NCBI GenBank assembly: GCA_007125005.1 | Contig: SLDY01000004.1 | Coordinates: 13,368-77,367, forward strand | DNA from: Natronohydrobacter sp. | GTDB taxonomy: Bacteria > Pseudomonadota > Alphaproteobacteria > Rhodobacterales > Rhodobacteraceae | Direction: 5' to 3' | DNA length: 64,000 nt | Part shown: in pieces, positions 61,796 to 64,000 of the stretch | How the letters are laid out: every line of letters starts with the position of its first letter | How positions within the stretch are numbered: position 1 is the stretch's first letter | Made by a program: the position numbers and the translations under genes | Notes under the pieces: model-generated | What the model was told of the DNA's origin: nothing | Database searches by the model: none | What the model saw: the letters and a program-made list of their open reading frames with translations, nothing else

Positions 61796-61826
61796 TGTGA
61801 TCACTGAAAAGCAATTAGTGATCACA
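61796..61826. promoter_or_regulatory. Unassigned palindrome upstream of sdhC
   Basis: TGTGATCACT-N11-AGTGATCACA, perfect 10-bp arms. Confidence 0.6.
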
Positions 61827-61978
61827 GCAAACGATTCTGGCCGGGTTCTATCGCAAACATTGGATAAATTCAGGGCCAATCTCTCTCTGAATGCGTGACA
61901 TTCGTGTGAAAAACAGTATGTGATTGCATACGAACCAGCGCGCTGATGGGAACTGGTGGAACAAGAAGGGAGCCATAC

Positions 61979-62362
61979 ATGGCCGACGTGAATAGGGGCA
62001 ACCGTCCGCTGTCCCCACATCTGCAGATCTATCGCTTGCCTCTCGCGGCGATAACTTCGATCCTGAACCGGATCACTGGCGTCGGGATGACGCTTGCGGC
62101 CGGTCTCATCGTCTGGTGGTTTGCGGCAGGCGCCTTCAGCGCGGCCTATTTCGAGTTTGTGGACGGGCTGCTGACCTCTATCCTTGGCCACCTGATCCTG
62201 ATCGGCTCTCTCGCCGCACTCTGGTATCATATGCTCAACTCCATCCGCCATCTGATCTGGGACACGGGCCGGATGATGGATGTCGAGACAGTCGAGAAGA
62301 CCAGCTATGGCGTGTTCGCGGGCACAGCCATCCTGACGCTTCTGACCATCATTATCGTTTAA
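61979..62362 (+). CDS. sdhC: Succinate dehydrogenase cytochrome b556 subunit
   Basis: NRPLSPHLQIY, SILNRITG, YHMLNSIRHL.WD. Confidence 0.96.
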   Translation: MADVNRGNRPLSPHLQIYRLPLAAITSILNRITGVGMTLAAGLIVWWFAAGAFSAAYFEFVDGLLTSILGHLILIGSLAALWYHMLNSIRHLIWDTGRMMDVETVEKTSYGVFAGTAILTLLTIIIV

Positions 62363-62374
62363 GGAGGCCTGATC

Positions 62375-62755
62375 ATGGGGTTCAAGACCGATTATGCCCG
62401 CGTGCATGGCCATGGCGCCGCTGGCGAAGGGTCACATCACTGGTGGAGCCAGCGCATCACTTCCGTCGCGCTTATTCCGCTGACCTTACTGTTCATCTTC
62501 CCGTTCGGGCGTGCGCTCGGAAGCGGGCATGAGGCTTTTGTCGCCACCTATTCCAACCTGTGGCACGCATTGGTCGCGATCCTGTTCATGATCGCTGCCT
62601 TCTCGCATCTGCAGCAAGGCTTGCAGGTCGTGATTGAGGATTATGTGCCGAACAAGGCAATCCGCACCCCGGCGCTTCTGGCCAATACATTGCTCTGCTG
62701 GGCATTCGGTGTGGCGGGCGTGTTATCCGTCGCCACGGTTCTGTTCAGCGCCTGA
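62375..62755 (+). CDS. sdhD: Succinate dehydrogenase membrane anchor
   Basis: HHWWSQRITSVAL, HLQQGLQVVIEDY. Confidence 0.96.
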   Translation: MGFKTDYARVHGHGAAGEGSHHWWSQRITSVALIPLTLLFIFPFGRALGSGHEAFVATYSNLWHALVAILFMIAAFSHLQQGLQVVIEDYVPNKAIRTPALLANTLLCWAFGVAGVLSVATVLFSA

Positions 62756-62764
62756 GGAAAAGAA

Positions 62765-64000
62765 ATGTCTGCATACAAGATCGAAGAACACTTCTACGAT
62801 GTCGTCGTCGTGGGCGCCGGCGGCGCAGGCTTGCGCGCAACGCTTGGTATGGCCGAGCAGGGGTTGAAAACCGCCTGTGTGACCAAGGTATTCCCGACGC
62901 GCTCGCACACAGTCGCTGCACAGGGCGGCATCGCGGCGTCGCTCTCGAATATGGGCCCGGATCATTGGCAGTGGCATATGTATGACACGGTGAAGGGCTC
63001 TGACTGGCTGGGCGATACGGATGCGATGGAGTATCTGGCCCGCGAGGCACCCAAGGCGGTCTATGAGCTGGAGCATTACGGTGTGCCGTTTTCGCGCACC
63101 GAGGATGGCAAGATCTACCAGCGTCCCTTTGGTGGCCATACAACAGAGTTCGGCGAAGGCCCGCCCGTGCAGCGCACCTGTGCCGCTGCGGACCGGACCG
63201 GACACGCGATGCTGCACACGCTCTATGGCCAGTCGGTGAAGCAGAAGGCCGAGTTCTTTATCGAGTATTTCGCGACTGATCTGATCATGTCCGAGGATGG
63301 CGTCTGTCAGGGCGTGCTCGCGTGGAAGCTCGACGATGGAACGCTGCATCTCTTCAGCGCCAAGATGGTGGTGCTGGCGACAGGTGGCTATGGGCGCGCG
63401 TATTTCTCTGCCACCTCCGCGCATACCTGTACAGGCGATGGCAACGGGATGGTTGCGCGCGTAGGGCTGCCGCTACAGGACATGGAATTCGTGCAGTTCC
63501 ACCCCACTGGTATCTATGGCGCAGGATGTCTGATCACGGAAGGGGCTCGCGGAGAAGGCGGATATCTGACCAATTCCGAAGGCGAGCGCTTCATGGAACG
63601 CTACGCACCGACCTATAAGGATCTCGCCTCACGCGATGTTGTGTCGCGCTGCATGACGATGGAGATCCGCGATGGGCGCGGTGTTGGGCCGAACAAGGAC
63701 CATATCCACCTGCATCTCAATCACCTGCCGCCCGAGACACTGAAACTGCGCCTGCCGGGAATTTCCGAAAGCGCACGCGTCTTTGCAGGCGTCGATGTGA
63801 ACAAGGAACCGATTCCGGTTCTACCGACAGTGCACTACAATATGGGCGGTATCCCCACGAATTACTGGGGCGAAGTGCTCAATGCCGATGCCGAGAACCC
63901 CAACCGTATCGCACCGGGCCTGATGGCTGTGGGCGAAGCGGCCTGCGCAAGCGTGCATGGTGCGAACCGTCTTGGCTCGAATTCGCTGATTGATTTGGTG
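62765..64000 (+). CDS. sdhA: Succinate dehydrogenase flavoprotein, 5' part (truncated; not in ORF track)
   Basis: Manual translation [25 protein letters not shown]...[12 protein letters not shown] (FAD-linked His); near the window end [11 protein letters not shown]. Confidence 0.98.
   Translation, partial: MSAYKIEEHFYDVVVVGAGGAGLRATLGMAEQGLKTACVTKVFPTRSHTVAAQGGIAASLSNMGPDHWQWHMYDTVKGSDWLGDTDAMEYLAREAPKAVYELEHYGVPFSRTEDGKIYQRPFGGHTTEFGEGPPVQRTCAAADRTGHAMLHTLYGQSVKQKAEFFIEYFATDLIMSEDGVCQGVLAWKLDDGTLHLFSAKMVVLATGGYGRAYFSATSAHTCTGDGNGMVARVGLPLQDMEFVQFHPTGIYGAGCLITEGARGEGGYLTNSEGERFMERYAPTYKDLASRDVVSRCMTMEIRDGRGVGPNKDHIHLHLNHLPPETLKLRLPGISESARVFAGVDVNKEPIPVLPTVHYNMGGIPTNYWGEVLNADAENPNRIAPGLMAVGEAACASVHGANRLGSNSLIDLV

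Overview
This is a core-chromosome window of an alphaproteobacterium of the Rhodobacteraceae/Paracoccaceae type, judged from gene content and protein sequences. It holds about 70 mostly housekeeping genes: groESL (groEL truncated), ppaC, ribF, prfC, hisFE, gatB, rpmG, RNase P RNA, surE-pcm-nlpD, rplU-rpmA, tatABC, the dusB-ntrBC-ntrYX-trkAH-hfq-hflX cluster, ispDF-pgpA-cinA, cytochrome c' plus a diheme cytochrome c, gmk, glmUS, three tandem USPs plus an ASKHA/RACo protein, infC, the mcl2-nnrU-DUF1737-mch block and sdhCDA (sdhA truncated). I found no CRISPR array, prophage, IS element, integrase, rRNA or tRNA, and no clearly new multi-gene system. The most interesting signals are small-scale. 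They include an unannotated ~90-nt sRNA or leader candidate (9199-9291), a non-canonical AUA start for infC, and readable operators (FNR, CtrA, PhaR-like, LacI-like, CIRCE and an unassigned 31-bp palindrome before sdhC). Others are an FNR-linked USP triplet next to a corrinoid reactivase, an NtrC lacking GAFTGA, an orphan Tle1-like phospholipase, L21 with an extra HhH-like domain and an acidic membrane-anchored repeat protein. All calls come from manual reading and motif recall; no searches were run.
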